64,000 bases of DNA from Nymphaea colorata (Eukaryota): positions 1,674,001 through 1,738,000 of the forward strand of contig NC_045138.2 of assembly GCF_008831285.2 (NCBI RefSeq), in the 5' to 3' direction. A program made the position numbers and the translations under genes. Under the pieces are notes generated by a model. That model ran no database searches and had not been told where the DNA came from. It worked only from the letters and a program-made list of their open reading frames with translations. Positions 40,186 through 52,381 of the stretch are shown piece by piece. Position 1 is the stretch's first letter, and every line of letters starts with the position of its first letter.

Positions 40186-42813
40186 ATGCACTTAAAAGCT
40201 TCAACTGCAGAGACACGCTTTAGCTCGTCTGGCCTTCGTTCCAGTATGCCGTTTTTCCTCAAGTACCTTATTGGGATTTCAGAATGTTTCATTTTTTTCA
40301 AGACCCAGAGAAATTTCACCTCAAAGTCCAACACCCACTCAGATAACAGCGGGAATGGACTCTGCTCCATGATGAGGGAGTTGGGTTCTCTGTGTAAGGA
40401 TGGACTGGTAAAAGAAGCCATGGAATTGTGGGCATCAATGGAGTTTCATCTTGGTTTTCATTCAGATTCTGCTACATACACAGGCCTCATACAAGCTTGT
40501 GTGAGAAACAAGTCTCTGTATCATGGAAAGCTCATCCATGGGAGGATGATCAAGAACCCATTCAAGTCATGCATTTTTCTTGAGAACAATCTTCTGAATA
40601 TGTATAGCAAATGTGGGTGTTTTAGCTATGCACGCCGTTTATTTGCTCAAATGTCGAAGCCAAATATTGTCTCATGGAATGCGTTGATTTCTGGGTATGC
40701 TCAGTCGGGTCTCCACGTTGAAGCGTTGGCGGACTTCCGGAATGCTCTGATGACGGGGATCTTCCCTGATCGTTACACTCTGAGTTCTGCATTGAGTGCT
40801 TGTGGGCAGGCGATGGATTTCGATGCAGGGAGGCAAATTCATGGGAGAATTGTCACGGGAGGATTTGAATCGCAGCTTTTTGTGGTCAATTCTCTCATTG
40901 ACATGTATAGTAGATGCGGTCAGGTGGATGAAGCCCAAAATGTTTTTCATGGTTCCTTGGAGTTGGATGAGGCCTCGTACAATACATTAATTTCTGGCTA
41001 TAGTCGAACAGGAAATGTAGACGAAGCTTGCAGAATTCTGGTTGGGATGCTTCGTGCTGGATTGAAGATGAACAGCTACGCTGCTGGAAGTTGCCTCAAG
41101 GTGTGTGCTGATAGTAGTGATAGCGCTTTCGCTGGCAAACAGATTCATGCGTCACTGTTAAAGACTGGACTTTTATCTGATGTTGTGGTTGGCTGTGCAA
41201 CTCTTGATATGTATGCAAAGAGTGGGTCGATAAGTGATGCAGAGAAGATCTTCAATGAGTTGCCCAACCGGAATATTGTCGCATATAATGCGATGATTGC
41301 AGGAACCACACAAAATTTAAATGGTGGTACAGAAAAAACAGCTCTGCAGCTCTTCCTGGAGATGCAGAGGAATGGAATGAAGCCCTCAAATTTCACGTTC
41401 TCATCCATTCTCAAAGCCTGTGTGATGCTTGATGCATTTGATGAAGGGAAGCAAATACATGCTCACATAATCAGGAATATGCTTCATTCTGATGAGTTCA
41501 TCGGCAGTGCACTCATTGATTTGTATGCCAAAGCGGGGGAGATTGGTGATGGTTTGATATGCTTCTCATCAACTCCGAAACAAGACTCTGTTTCTTGGAC
41601 TGCAGCAATTGCAGGGAGTATCTGGAATGGGCAGTTTGAAGAAGGAATAAAGTTGCTTCATCAAATGCTTGCTGCTGGACTGAAACCAGATGAGTACACA
41701 GTCTCCAGTGTGCTGAGTGCCTGTGCGAGCTTGGCTTTAGCGTGCCTTGGTGCCCAAGTTCATGCTTATACGGTAAAATCTGGCATAAACTATCTTACTG
41801 GTACTACAAACGCTCTTATATGCATGTACGCGAAGTCTGGTGAGGCCGAGAAAGCAGAACAACTATTTGAGCAGACCCCGAACAGAGATGTCATTACTTG
41901 GTCTGCATTGATCTCTGCACATGCTCATCAGGGCTCGGCAACTAAAGCATTCCAAGTTTTCAATCGCATGAAGGAATCAGGGGAACTCCCAAACGAGATC
42001 ACGTTCCTTTCTGTACTAACTGCCTGCAGCCATGCAGGATTGGTGGATGAAGGCTTCATTTTCTACAAAAGCATGATCAGAGAACACAACATCAGCCCAA
42101 ACGTCAAGCACTCTGCTTGCATTGTTGACTTGCTTGGCCGTGCTGGGAAGCTAACTGAGGCTGAACAGTTCATCAGCACATCCGGGTTTGAGAATGACCC
42201 TACCATATGGCGAGTGCTTCTGGGTGCTTGCCGGAATCACGGCGACATAACAACTGGAAAACAGGCAGCTGAGCGAGTAATTGAACTTGAACCGCATGCG
42301 TCATCTGCATACGTACTGCTATACAACATGCACGTTTCCAAAAGACAATTGGCACAGGCAAAAGAGATGAGGAAACTAATGGTGCTAAGAGGGGTTAAAA
42401 AAGAGCCAGGTTTGAGCTGGATTGATACAAGAAAACAGACGCATTTGTTTGTGTCATGTGACAAAGCACACCCTCAAACAGAACTGATTTACCGGAAGCT
42501 GGAGAATGTGCTTGAGAGAATTAAAGCAATGGGTTATGTTGATAACCAGGAACTGCTGTTCTTGCATGATGAAGATGACCAGGAGGGAAATACTCGGCAT
42601 TACCACAGTGAGAAATTGGCTGTGGCTTTTGGGTTGATGAGTTTGCCTGCAAATGTTGCAGTAAGGGTGATGAAAAATCTGAGAGTATGTGGTGACTGCC
42701 ACTCATTTATGAAATTTGTATCTAAAAGTGAAAATAGGGAAATTGTCTTGAGAGATTGTATACGTTTCCACCATTTTAGAGGTGGCCTTTGTTCTTGCAA
42801 AGATTATTGGTAA
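40186..42813 (+). CDS. PLS-class PPR protein with E/E+ and complete DYW deaminase domain, At3g13880 (OTP72)-like organellar RNA-editing factor
   Basis: Intronless 875-aa ORF of P-L-S repeats, GVKKEPGLSWI (PG box), HSEKLA, CGDCH, terminal CSCKDYW. SDEFIGSALIDLYA and CFSSTPKQD recall At3g13880. True start may be a downstream Met. Confidence 0.95.
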   Translation: MHLKASTAETRFSSSGLRSSMPFFLKYLIGISECFIFFKTQRNFTSKSNTHSDNSGNGLCSMMRELGSLCKDGLVKEAMELWASMEFHLGFHSDSATYTGLIQACVRNKSLYHGKLIHGRMIKNPFKSCIFLENNLLNMYSKCGCFSYARRLFAQMSKPNIVSWNALISGYAQSGLHVEALADFRNALMTGIFPDRYTLSSALSACGQAMDFDAGRQIHGRIVTGGFESQLFVVNSLIDMYSRCGQVDEAQNVFHGSLELDEASYNTLISGYSRTGNVDEACRILVGMLRAGLKMNSYAAGSCLKVCADSSDSAFAGKQIHASLLKTGLLSDVVVGCATLDMYAKSGSISDAEKIFNELPNRNIVAYNAMIAGTTQNLNGGTEKTALQLFLEMQRNGMKPSNFTFSSILKACVMLDAFDEGKQIHAHIIRNMLHSDEFIGSALIDLYAKAGEIGDGLICFSSTPKQDSVSWTAAIAGSIWNGQFEEGIKLLHQMLAAGLKPDEYTVSSVLSACASLALACLGAQVHAYTVKSGINYLTGTTNALICMYAKSGEAEKAEQLFEQTPNRDVITWSALISAHAHQGSATKAFQVFNRMKESGELPNEITFLSVLTACSHAGLVDEGFIFYKSMIREHNISPNVKHSACIVDLLGRAGKLTEAEQFISTSGFENDPTIWRVLLGACRNHGDITTGKQAAERVIELEPHASSAYVLLYNMHVSKRQLAQAKEMRKLMVLRGVKKEPGLSWIDTRKQTHLFVSCDKAHPQTELIYRKLENVLERIKAMGYVDNQELLFLHDEDDQEGNTRHYHSEKLAVAFGLMSLPANVAVRVMKNLRVCGDCHSFMKFVSKSENREIVLRDCIRFHHFRGGLCSCKDYW

Positions 42814-44133
42814 TCTTTTTTCTCGTTTTTCATTGATTGTCCCTAGCGATCATTTACGTATGATGGTGGTCATGCTGCTAGAACACTGCAGCATGCCATG
42901 AATTTGCCCCAATATGTGGGATATATTGAAACAAATTCATAAAACCTTGTGTTAGTGTTCTTGCCACCAAACACTCCCTTAGGATTGAAGAGGTACAAAC
43001 AAGTCGTTGTATTCAATGTCGTGAGGATTGGCCTGAAGCAGTACATGACAAAACAATTCAACTTTATGACCGAGTTAAGGGTATTAAATGTCAGCTTATA
43101 ACCATTTTAAAAATATCTTAGCATTTTTATCATTTTCAACTAATTATATACATGTAGATATTAATTTCTGAAAATGAATTTTCAAATATTTTAGTAAGGC
43201 TTAATTGCTCTTTTGGCAGTAAAAGAAACGAGATTAATACTTGTCCTTAGGGGCTACACACGCCTTGGGATTGTGAAGGGGATCTAACCGTTTGAATAAC
43301 AGCCGAAGTCCTGCTCGTGACGCTAATCTCCTTGGGGCTGGTGGATTTATACAATTGCTGGACGCAAACCTAAACAAAAGCTCTCGGGTCTGGCAAATGA
43401 AAACTCGATCTATTTTAATATTAAGACATCGATCTTGCTACATCATTTTGCATCTGAATCCAAGTCCTAATTGAAGACACAATTGAAAGCTGAATCTGAA
43501 TTTAATTTGAAGTCAGATCTGAATTTGATTTAGAAAAGTTCCAAGTGATTCAGTTTGCACAATCCATTTGGCCTACTTGGAGCCAAGATACAACTAGAGT
43601 GAGAACCGAAAACGATTCCCATAGGTGCCGGATCTTGGTTTATGACAACCTAAAAATAACCCACTCAAATGAGTCGATGATTGATAATTCAACATTTCCC
43701 TCTGCAAAGTATTAAAAAATCTAGTGTTGCTCGAAAATATGAATCATCAATTAGGTTTACAGCGAAACTCACTTGAGAGTCATACACCACAACTTAGTGA
43801 GAACGATGATAGCACATGGAATGACCGTGAGCATGTATACATGTAATCAGATCAGTTCAAGGATTAAATATTATTACTAAATTATGATCATAAACATCGC
43901 AAAGATGTCAGTAGTCCAAGAATAATAAAGAATAAGCACTCCAATCTATATCAAACTCGCCTAAGTACAGAAAAGCTGAAGCGCCCATTTGTGTAAGCAG
44001 GCACCTCCTGCTCTTTTGTAGCTGAAGTACGCAGTGTTTGTCACAAAAGTATGTCCCCTACTACGCCCCTTGCTACATACACCTCAGTGGTACAAGCCAA
44101 AAACAAGAGGAAACATGAGCAAAACTCGAGGAC

Positions 44134-47100
44134 TCACTCACTGAACTCGGTGCTTCCACTCCGAGAGCTACTACCAGTCCTGCTATGAAGAGACAAACTG
44201 CCAAGCATTTGACCCACCTTGACTGATCCCACCTGCTTCTCTCTGAAAAACAGCTCTCTCTCCTTGTGTTTGGCTGGTGGAGGTGGGATCACAGCAGGCA
44301 CCTGAGGTGGTGCTGGTTCTCGAGGCTCTATTCTTAGGGGTGAACGGTTCACGCTGAGACCAACTGGCGGGTGTGGCCTCTCAAATGAGAAGGAACCTGA
44401 TGAACTGGATGATGAGCATTCAGCTTGATCTTCCCTCCAAGCATGTGCACATGCCTTCCCTTTTCGGGCTCTGGAAAATGAAATGCAAAATATTAATTAG
44501 AATCAAAATAAAATAGTAGTCTACTCCAGTTGATAGATTCACCTAAATCAGATAAAATCTTAAAAACAGAGAACATATGGGGGCAATGTTTTGAATCCCA
44601 ACTCCAGACTCCAACTCGTCCATTCTTCAGTTGGGACTTGGTCAACTCAGTGATTCAGGCCTGGTTTTGTTAACTATTGTCTTTTGAAAGAAAAACAATA
44701 TATAACTTGTCATTTAAAGATAAAAATGTTGTAAAATGATGATTACGTGTATAACAAAAATAATATGACACAAATAAATCAACTCAACATCCAGTAAAGT
44801 AACAGCTAGGTTACATTTACTCGTGGTAATAAGAACTTGGACAATTATGCTGCTTCTGCTACTCTACAGTTGCATATTTCAAAATTGAGTAGCAAGAACC
44901 AATATATAATGAAAAATAATTAAAAAAAAAAAGAGAATTAAAATCAATATATTTAGCTATCAAATAGTTAACAAGCTTTTCATGTATGTATATATTACGT
45001 AAATCTAAAAATCCAAAAGTTAAAAGCCCAATGCTTTAAAAATTGAAATAAATAGATAACGATACCCGAAGTGAAGCTTCATCAACTTTTAACTTTTTAT
45101 TTGCATTAAGAACATTTAATAAATGAACAATAGTTCTAAATTCTTATATTTCAATAAGTTAGAAGATTTATATAAAAAATAAAGTGAAACAGTAGTTAGC
45201 AAAATATAAAGTTTATTACTGGATTTTACCAAGTCATTTCTGGTTTTGGCTGAGTCAAACCATGTTTGGACCTAGTCAAGCTGAGTTACGGTCGAGTCAA
45301 GCCAAGTCACTGCCGAGTCATACTGCAGCTGGTAGACAGATTACACCATGTCTGTTAGGGAACCACTCATGCATCATGGCACGAATCATGCATCAAAACA
45401 TTCAGGCTCTGCATAGGCAACCTTCTTCTAAAAGAAAGTGATAGGAAGATTCTTTTTTAAATGTTATGACAATAATAAACTTTCTGGAAGAACCATGCAA
45501 AGAGAGTGAATTTTCCATATACTATTGTCACACAAATCTTGACAAACCATAGACAAAGTTTTCAGTTATTGATATCTTCTAGAGCAAATAGTGACTGGTC
45601 TTTTATAGTCATTCACTAAACAGATTCAAAACAAGGCAGACAGCTTTCCTGACATAGTAATGGTCACGGCTGCAGCTTGAGGTTGATCTTGGTGATTATG
45701 ATGTGTGTATGGTACATATTTGGACCAAGATAAAGATTTTAAGGAAGTAGTTCATATAGGAGCATGCAGATCCTGATAGTCATGAAAAAAACTAGCCCTA
45801 TAATTATATGAATGTCATTACAGCCACATGTGAAAAGAATCCTTTAAAGTCGACCTGGATATGATAACAAATCAATATCACCATTAGCAAATTTTTCAGT
45901 AAGTTGGTAACAGATAGATTTTACCTTCGAAATAGTCTATCAGGCTCTTCTTCTTCTGTTTCTTCATGATTGACAGCAATGCTACAGGAATTAGGAAGTG
46001 AGAGGAGTGCGTCATGCTTTGTAAGCAATTTCTGCAGCTGATCATTTAGTTCAATTGCTTGGGAAACTAGTTTTTCATCACTGCAAAGATAAAAGTTACG
46101 TTTACTTAGCAATTAGCATGTAAACTAAGTGGCATAGTGGCCACCAATCTCTTAGATTAAAGGCCGAGAACATGCTAGCAGCTCTGGAGACAGTGTGTTT
46201 GGCAATTATAGACCACCGTATAACTAAAGAAATATAGTAGCTTAATGTAAATTGATACTGTTTCTGGCAGTTAAAGGCCTCCCTAAAAGGCTAAAACATG
46301 AGAAGAAGCACTGCCTAAACATTTACATATTGAACTCAATTCCTTTGTTTGGCTTTACATGCTATAACCACTTCTAAAGCTACATAACTTTTTAAACAGA
46401 GGTAATATCCTCACCGTGAAGTCATCACCAGGTGCATCACTCGCTGTTTGTGAAATGAACATTGCTCTACAAGGTCCAGGGTGAATTCGTCAGTTGCTCC
46501 CTATGAAAGATGAAAGGAGACAGAATTTAAATGTTGATTAGAATTCAATTACCAGAAACTTTATCGAAAGTAGATTTACTATGACAACATCCACTCTGGT
46601 TAATAAAAATATAAGTAGTGGCAAAATAAAAATGTGATGAAATCAGCAGATGGAGCCAATGTCATCAAGCAGATGAAAAGTTCCGTACACCAATATGCTT
46701 ACTTTCATAAAAATGGATTTTTTCCCCACTTTTCCATACCTCAGGATGTAAGGGATCAACTGCATCCAGCACTTCTCGCAAGAGTTCCATGACATTAGTT
46801 GCTTTCTCGATGATGCTGAAATTGACAAAAAGAAATTTTACAAGGAGATCAAATAGTAAAACTTCAAATGCTTCAATGCATATTCTTTTCTTTTCAAATG
46901 TAACATATCACAATCCACATGAACATGACTTTCGGAAGACAAGAACACTAATTACCTTGAATCTGGGGCACTCTTGGAATTTGGTGGCTGAGGGACGGTC
47001 TGAGGTTTCTGAGGAACAGCAGCCTCCGTGGGCAAGTCATTAGCTTGGATCTGAGCCAGAAGAGTTGATGCTGGAACTGTAGTACGACTAGGAAATTGTA

Positions 47101-50100
47101 CACGTGAACGCTGTCCACAAGTAATTATATCTGTTAATTTTTTTCTGAAGGAAAATGTGTACAAGAATCTGCAGCTAAATTCATCTCCTAAACTATAGGA
47201 AACAGTACAAACAAGCCCATCCTCTAACTAGACCATTTTAATAGTCACCTGTTGTATTAAAAGAAATGGAAACACTTCAAATCAGCTTTCCAACAGGTAG
47301 ATAAGAGTTTCTAATATGAAGGTAAATTCTGATATCATGCTGAACCACAACAATATATGAAAAAGAAAAAAAAAATGAAACACAAAAGAAATTCTACACA
47401 GCTTACCATGAGTCTTCCTTTACGTAGAAAGACATGGTGTTTATTTTAATTTTGCATACTTAAACACGTGAAGCTTCAGTGATGCCCCATAATCAGATTT
47501 CTTCTTGTGTGAAATATCTAGTTACTTTTCGTGTGTTTCTGTATGTGTGTGTATACAAATAATAGCTTGGAGCACGTGGAAAGGCAAAGTGTATTAATAA
47601 AAACCATGCAACAACTCATAATTATCTCATTAGCACATGGAAAGGCACTCCATTCACAGTTCATATAAGCTTAAGGCCACATAGAACAAATTTAATGAAG
47701 CAAACAAGGTGTACCAATAAAAACCATACAGCAATGCCAGCAAGTTGTAATTGTCTCATTACTATAAGCATTAAGCAAACAAAATGCTATAATGTTCAAA
47801 ACAGTCCAACTTACTCTTTCATGGATTGAGATTAGCATTGTTAATAACTATACAAATTGGTTGTCCAAACAGGGGACTGTCCACCAACAATTGCTTAGTC
47901 CCGCATGTGGTTCCTTGCTTTACTCCAGGAGCAGATGGACACCAAGCACAAGGAGTGAATCAAACTCCATGCTAGTTAATTAGTCAGTTCTTCTAAAAAT
48001 AGTAAATTAGCAAGATGTCAGCTTTTGTCCATTTGGTGGCTGCAAAACTTAGCGTGCTAATGGACTAGGCAGTTATTTGTCCAGACTAAGCAAAAACTAG
48101 AGCTGGAATGAGCATCAAATTTGTCAGAAAAGAACCTTTTAATTTGTGCAAGCATGAATATGTAGCACTGAATAGTGGTAATCTCAAACTGCAACCAAGT
48201 GCTCAAATAAGCAAATTCAATGCATTCAAACCAACAAAGACAAAGTATGTATATCTTTCACAAAGCAATACACAGAATATGGACCATCCATCTGACATAT
48301 CTAACATTTACTTACCACCAAATCATAATATGCTGCATAATATTGAGGAAATTTTCCAGAAGCTCCACCAACAGCAGTTTGTGTTGCATCCAAGAGAAGA
48401 AATATCTTCTCTCTGACTGGCAAATCTGACTGTCATAATGAAGGGTAAGTATCAAGTTTCTCCTCAACATACTTCCAGCATAACAAAAATAGCCAACCAA
48501 GAAGCATAGTTTAAGGTGGGAATATGAAAACATGCACTACGAACTTTCTACATTTAAAGGTAGAGATCAACCTTTTTCTTGACAATCTTTACCAGCATCT
48601 GTAGGACACCCTTATCAATTACCAATCTGTGAATGTGTTCCCCACAATTATTCATCAACATCTCTAACAACTGCGACAGCAAAAGATGTTTGTTGGTTAT
48701 ACAATATGATGGTGTCCATTAACAACACAGAACATTTTAAGTAAACACCAAATTTCCTAGTTTATGCAGATGGAGAATGAAGAAAATTTTTCATGCCAAT
48801 ATAACATAAACACATCTATTATATTTGAAGTATACTTCACTGAAGTTATTTCTTGTTTTCTTAAAATGCCACAGTATCAATCAAGTTTTTAGATGTGTTG
48901 GACTGCCAAGTGGGAAGTGTTTTTTTAAGATGACATGTTCCAGTTCTCCCTTATTGCAAAATCCTTGGGTGCCTAATAAGTCTCCCTCCCTCCTGCTCAG
49001 GCCTTAAGGACAAGGAGACATAATTTGGGCATTGAATTAGTGCTCCTTCACCAATACCTTGTGGAACAATGTAGATTGGTTTCATACTTTCATTTATAAA
49101 ACATTTTAAAATTTCTGAGAAGCAAAAGGTTTCGTCTTGGATCAGGCTCAAAACAAATGCATGTCCTGACAACAATTTAATCTGACTATTGCAATATGGT
49201 AACCATACCACCTATGTCACATAGGTACGGGTACGCCATTTTCTCCAATCTTAGTACGGTGGTATAGTGATAATTATATATTTTTAACTCTAAAAAAAAA
49301 ATTGATATCATCACATCATTAAGACAATGTTACTTTCATAGCTCCTACATATAATCTCATAAAAAAACATAAATAGACTTCAACAATGTCTCTTTTATGG
49401 TTTGGATTGGTTCAGACCCAAAACCCATCCAAACGTACCCAGTCGTATCCCGTACTGGTTTTGCTGAAACAGTACGCTAATGACGGTACATTTACGTGGG
49501 CCTTCCCCACGTACCACTGTGGCTTAGCATACCACCAATATCAAAGTTCTGAAAATCTTGCATTTTGATTCTAAAACAGCTTCAAAGAATAAAATCAAGC
49601 AAATCTCATGATACTTTCAAATATAACAAAAAAATTCACAGCATGCCAGAAAAAGAACATCTGTTCACATACAAACACACATACGTGCTGGAATGTGGGT
49701 TTCTAGAATATGAACACTGACAAATATGAGAACTTGTAATGTGCCCTTCAAAAAGGTTGCATACTCGCCTTATTGATGGGATTGGCATTCCGTATGTCCA
49801 TAAGCTCTATAATCAAATAATTGTTATTGGTGCAACCAAGTATTCACATTTGGTGATTTATGCATGCATTTATATATATATATATATATATATATAGGAA
49901 AACAGTAGTTACCAAACACTCATATACCAGACTTAATGGGAATTATATATATCATTGATGCCAATAAGATCAGATAGTGGAGATTTATAAAGTGCAGATA
50001 TAGAAGCCAAACTGTTTTTTCAAGGGTCCGAAACACCCTTCAAAGAAGGGGAAGATAGAGAAAATGAGGGAAACAAATGAGTTTCTTTAAGTAAATTCTT

Positions 50101-52381
50101 TTGTCTTTGCATTTTAACGTCTTGAAAGAACAGCTTGGCTTCTATATTTACAACTTAATATCTACAACCTGACCTCCTTGGGATTGATGGCCTACATGAT
50201 TCACATTAAAGTATGGTATATGAGGGTTGGACAACTACCTGTTTTTTCCTACACACACACACACATATATATATATTGAAATATGTTGGCTGGCAGATGT
50301 TGCCGGATGGCTGAATATTCAAAAGGCTGTGGCCAAATTTCTAAAAACACCATAAACTATCAATATACGATAAACTGTTTTTAGTGCTTCTGTTGCATGG
50401 TGTTTTTATGGACAGTTTACAAATATTTTATCATCTGCAGCCGGTTGATTTCAATTCCTTATATATACTCCACTCATTTTATAGCTTAAGAAGCCTTGTG
50501 AATTTCACCATTGTTAGTGCTAGAAAACATTTGAAAACTCACACTTTTATAATGCAAATGTAAGCACAGTTCTGAAAGAAAATAAAAGGAACAGAAAACT
50601 GAACAAAAGATGTTTCCACCATAATGAGAATGTGCAGATCAGCACCATTAGGCCCATCATGCACACATTAGACATGTTCAGCAAACATATATCAACTTGT
50701 CATTTCTTTTCAAACATTACATGTATCAGGAACAACACAAGGATATGGAACCTGCATTAATATAACAAGGATAGAGATGACATGCATAACTCATTCAGCA
50801 TAACCTTGAAATTGGGGATGCCATACAAAGATATTGGGATAGCATAAAGTTTGTAAGACTAGAACCAACCACAACAGCAAGAAGCTGACTATTTTGGTTC
50901 TTGCTGCTCAATCGTTTTTTTATTGCCTTGATAACATCTTTAGCTTTCCTGCTTTCCATAGAAAAGAGAAGGGCAATAATTATAGTCTGCAATATGAAAA
51001 GCAAAAACGTCTACAAGCTGAGTTCAGTCAAAAGAAAATAAGTATCCAACATTCAGAACCAGATTCTCAGAAGTACCAAAACAACACATTCTTAGTAAGC
51101 ACTGAACTAAAGAATTTACTGTTAGATACTTCATGTAAAAAAAAAAATTATATCTTTGAGGAGATTTCAGAAATACAAATAAATGGACAGAAAAAGTTGC
51201 ATAAAAAGTTATACTTGACAAAAGAGAATAAATTCAATGATCCAGATCATGCTTGGAAGCAATTGACAAGGATGAGGTTCAGGTTAACCACTTGAATAAG
51301 AAACAAATTAAATTTGCTTGTATGTTATTCAGTACAATAGACTCCAGGAAAATGCGTAAATTCTTTTGTAGGACACATGTGCTACTTTGCTGGAAAAATT
51401 CCTGGATACATCAGGTGACCTGCCTATGTGAATGAGAATGTGAATCAACGATCCACCACATTCCAGTGTAAACTTTCAGGAAATGCTACCTAAGGTTTAG
51501 TGAATATCTTTTTGCCACTTCTCAGACATTTGAAAAGGAAAACTATAACATTAAGATGGTGTGATAAAGATATGTGACCTCATAAAGTTTTGAGCAGAAG
51601 TTGAACTATTCCAGTTCTCTCATCTCAGCAGCTTCAGTAGAGATCAAGGAATTAAACAAAACGAAAGTGTGTGAGAAAAAGTGAAGTAATGAACATATTT
51701 CAGGTATCAGCCTGTAACTGTATAACAGTCTTCTGCCCAAACCTTAGCCTATCTGTTAAGGACCATCCAAATCTCATGATTTTCGAAACAATATGAGATG
51801 ATCTTTGCTTATATTATGCACCAATTCCCTGTTCGTAGCAAGGGCCCTTATTTTATAGCTTATTTATTGCCATTTTAGCATTACAGACATCACTTAAACT
51901 TACTAGTAAGTAGTTTTAATTGTATAGTCAGTTAAAAAAAGCAAAATTAAAGCTATTCTAAAACTTTTACTCGATGCTTGGCACTCACTGTATATATTCA
52001 ACATAATCCCATGAACACCATCTCCATTACATTCTAATTACCATGACCAATTCCAGATACATCTAGCTGTGGAATTCAAAATCACAAGAAAGAATAAGAC
52101 AAAAAAAGAAAAGAGTTCTTTCAGGCAAAGGATGGGAAAGCATATCTACAGGATAAGAACATTTGTATAACATATCTGCAATACATTTTGGATGGTGGTT
52201 TTTTGTCATTGACTAGAGATATTGCATCAGATTGAGAATTATCAATAATTTGTCATCACAGTCCAGAAAAGCAAACATACTCTGGACTATAGCTGGCTTC
52301 TTCACATATCTCAATGTTTCTGGCCCAATCAGGTTCTTTCAGCTTTTCATTAGTTGCCAAACTCACTAGTTGAGCAGACAT
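44134..52381 (-). CDS. TOL5: TOM1-like protein (VHS + GAT), TOL5-type, 9 coding exons, 400 aa
   Basis: Exons 52381-52281, 50948-50870, 48670-48572, 48429-48316, 47110-46956, 46815-46740, 46500-46415, 46080-45925, 44470-44134; all GT-AG and in phase (1203 nt). Motifs [83 protein letters not shown]. Confidence 0.93.
49212..49527. mobile_element. hAT MITE of the CTATGTCAC family with perfect 8-bp TSD, in TOL5 intron
   Basis: Ends CTATGTCACATAGGTAC / GTACCACTGTGGCTTAG; CATACCAC at 49204-49211 and 49528-49535. Confidence 0.88.
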
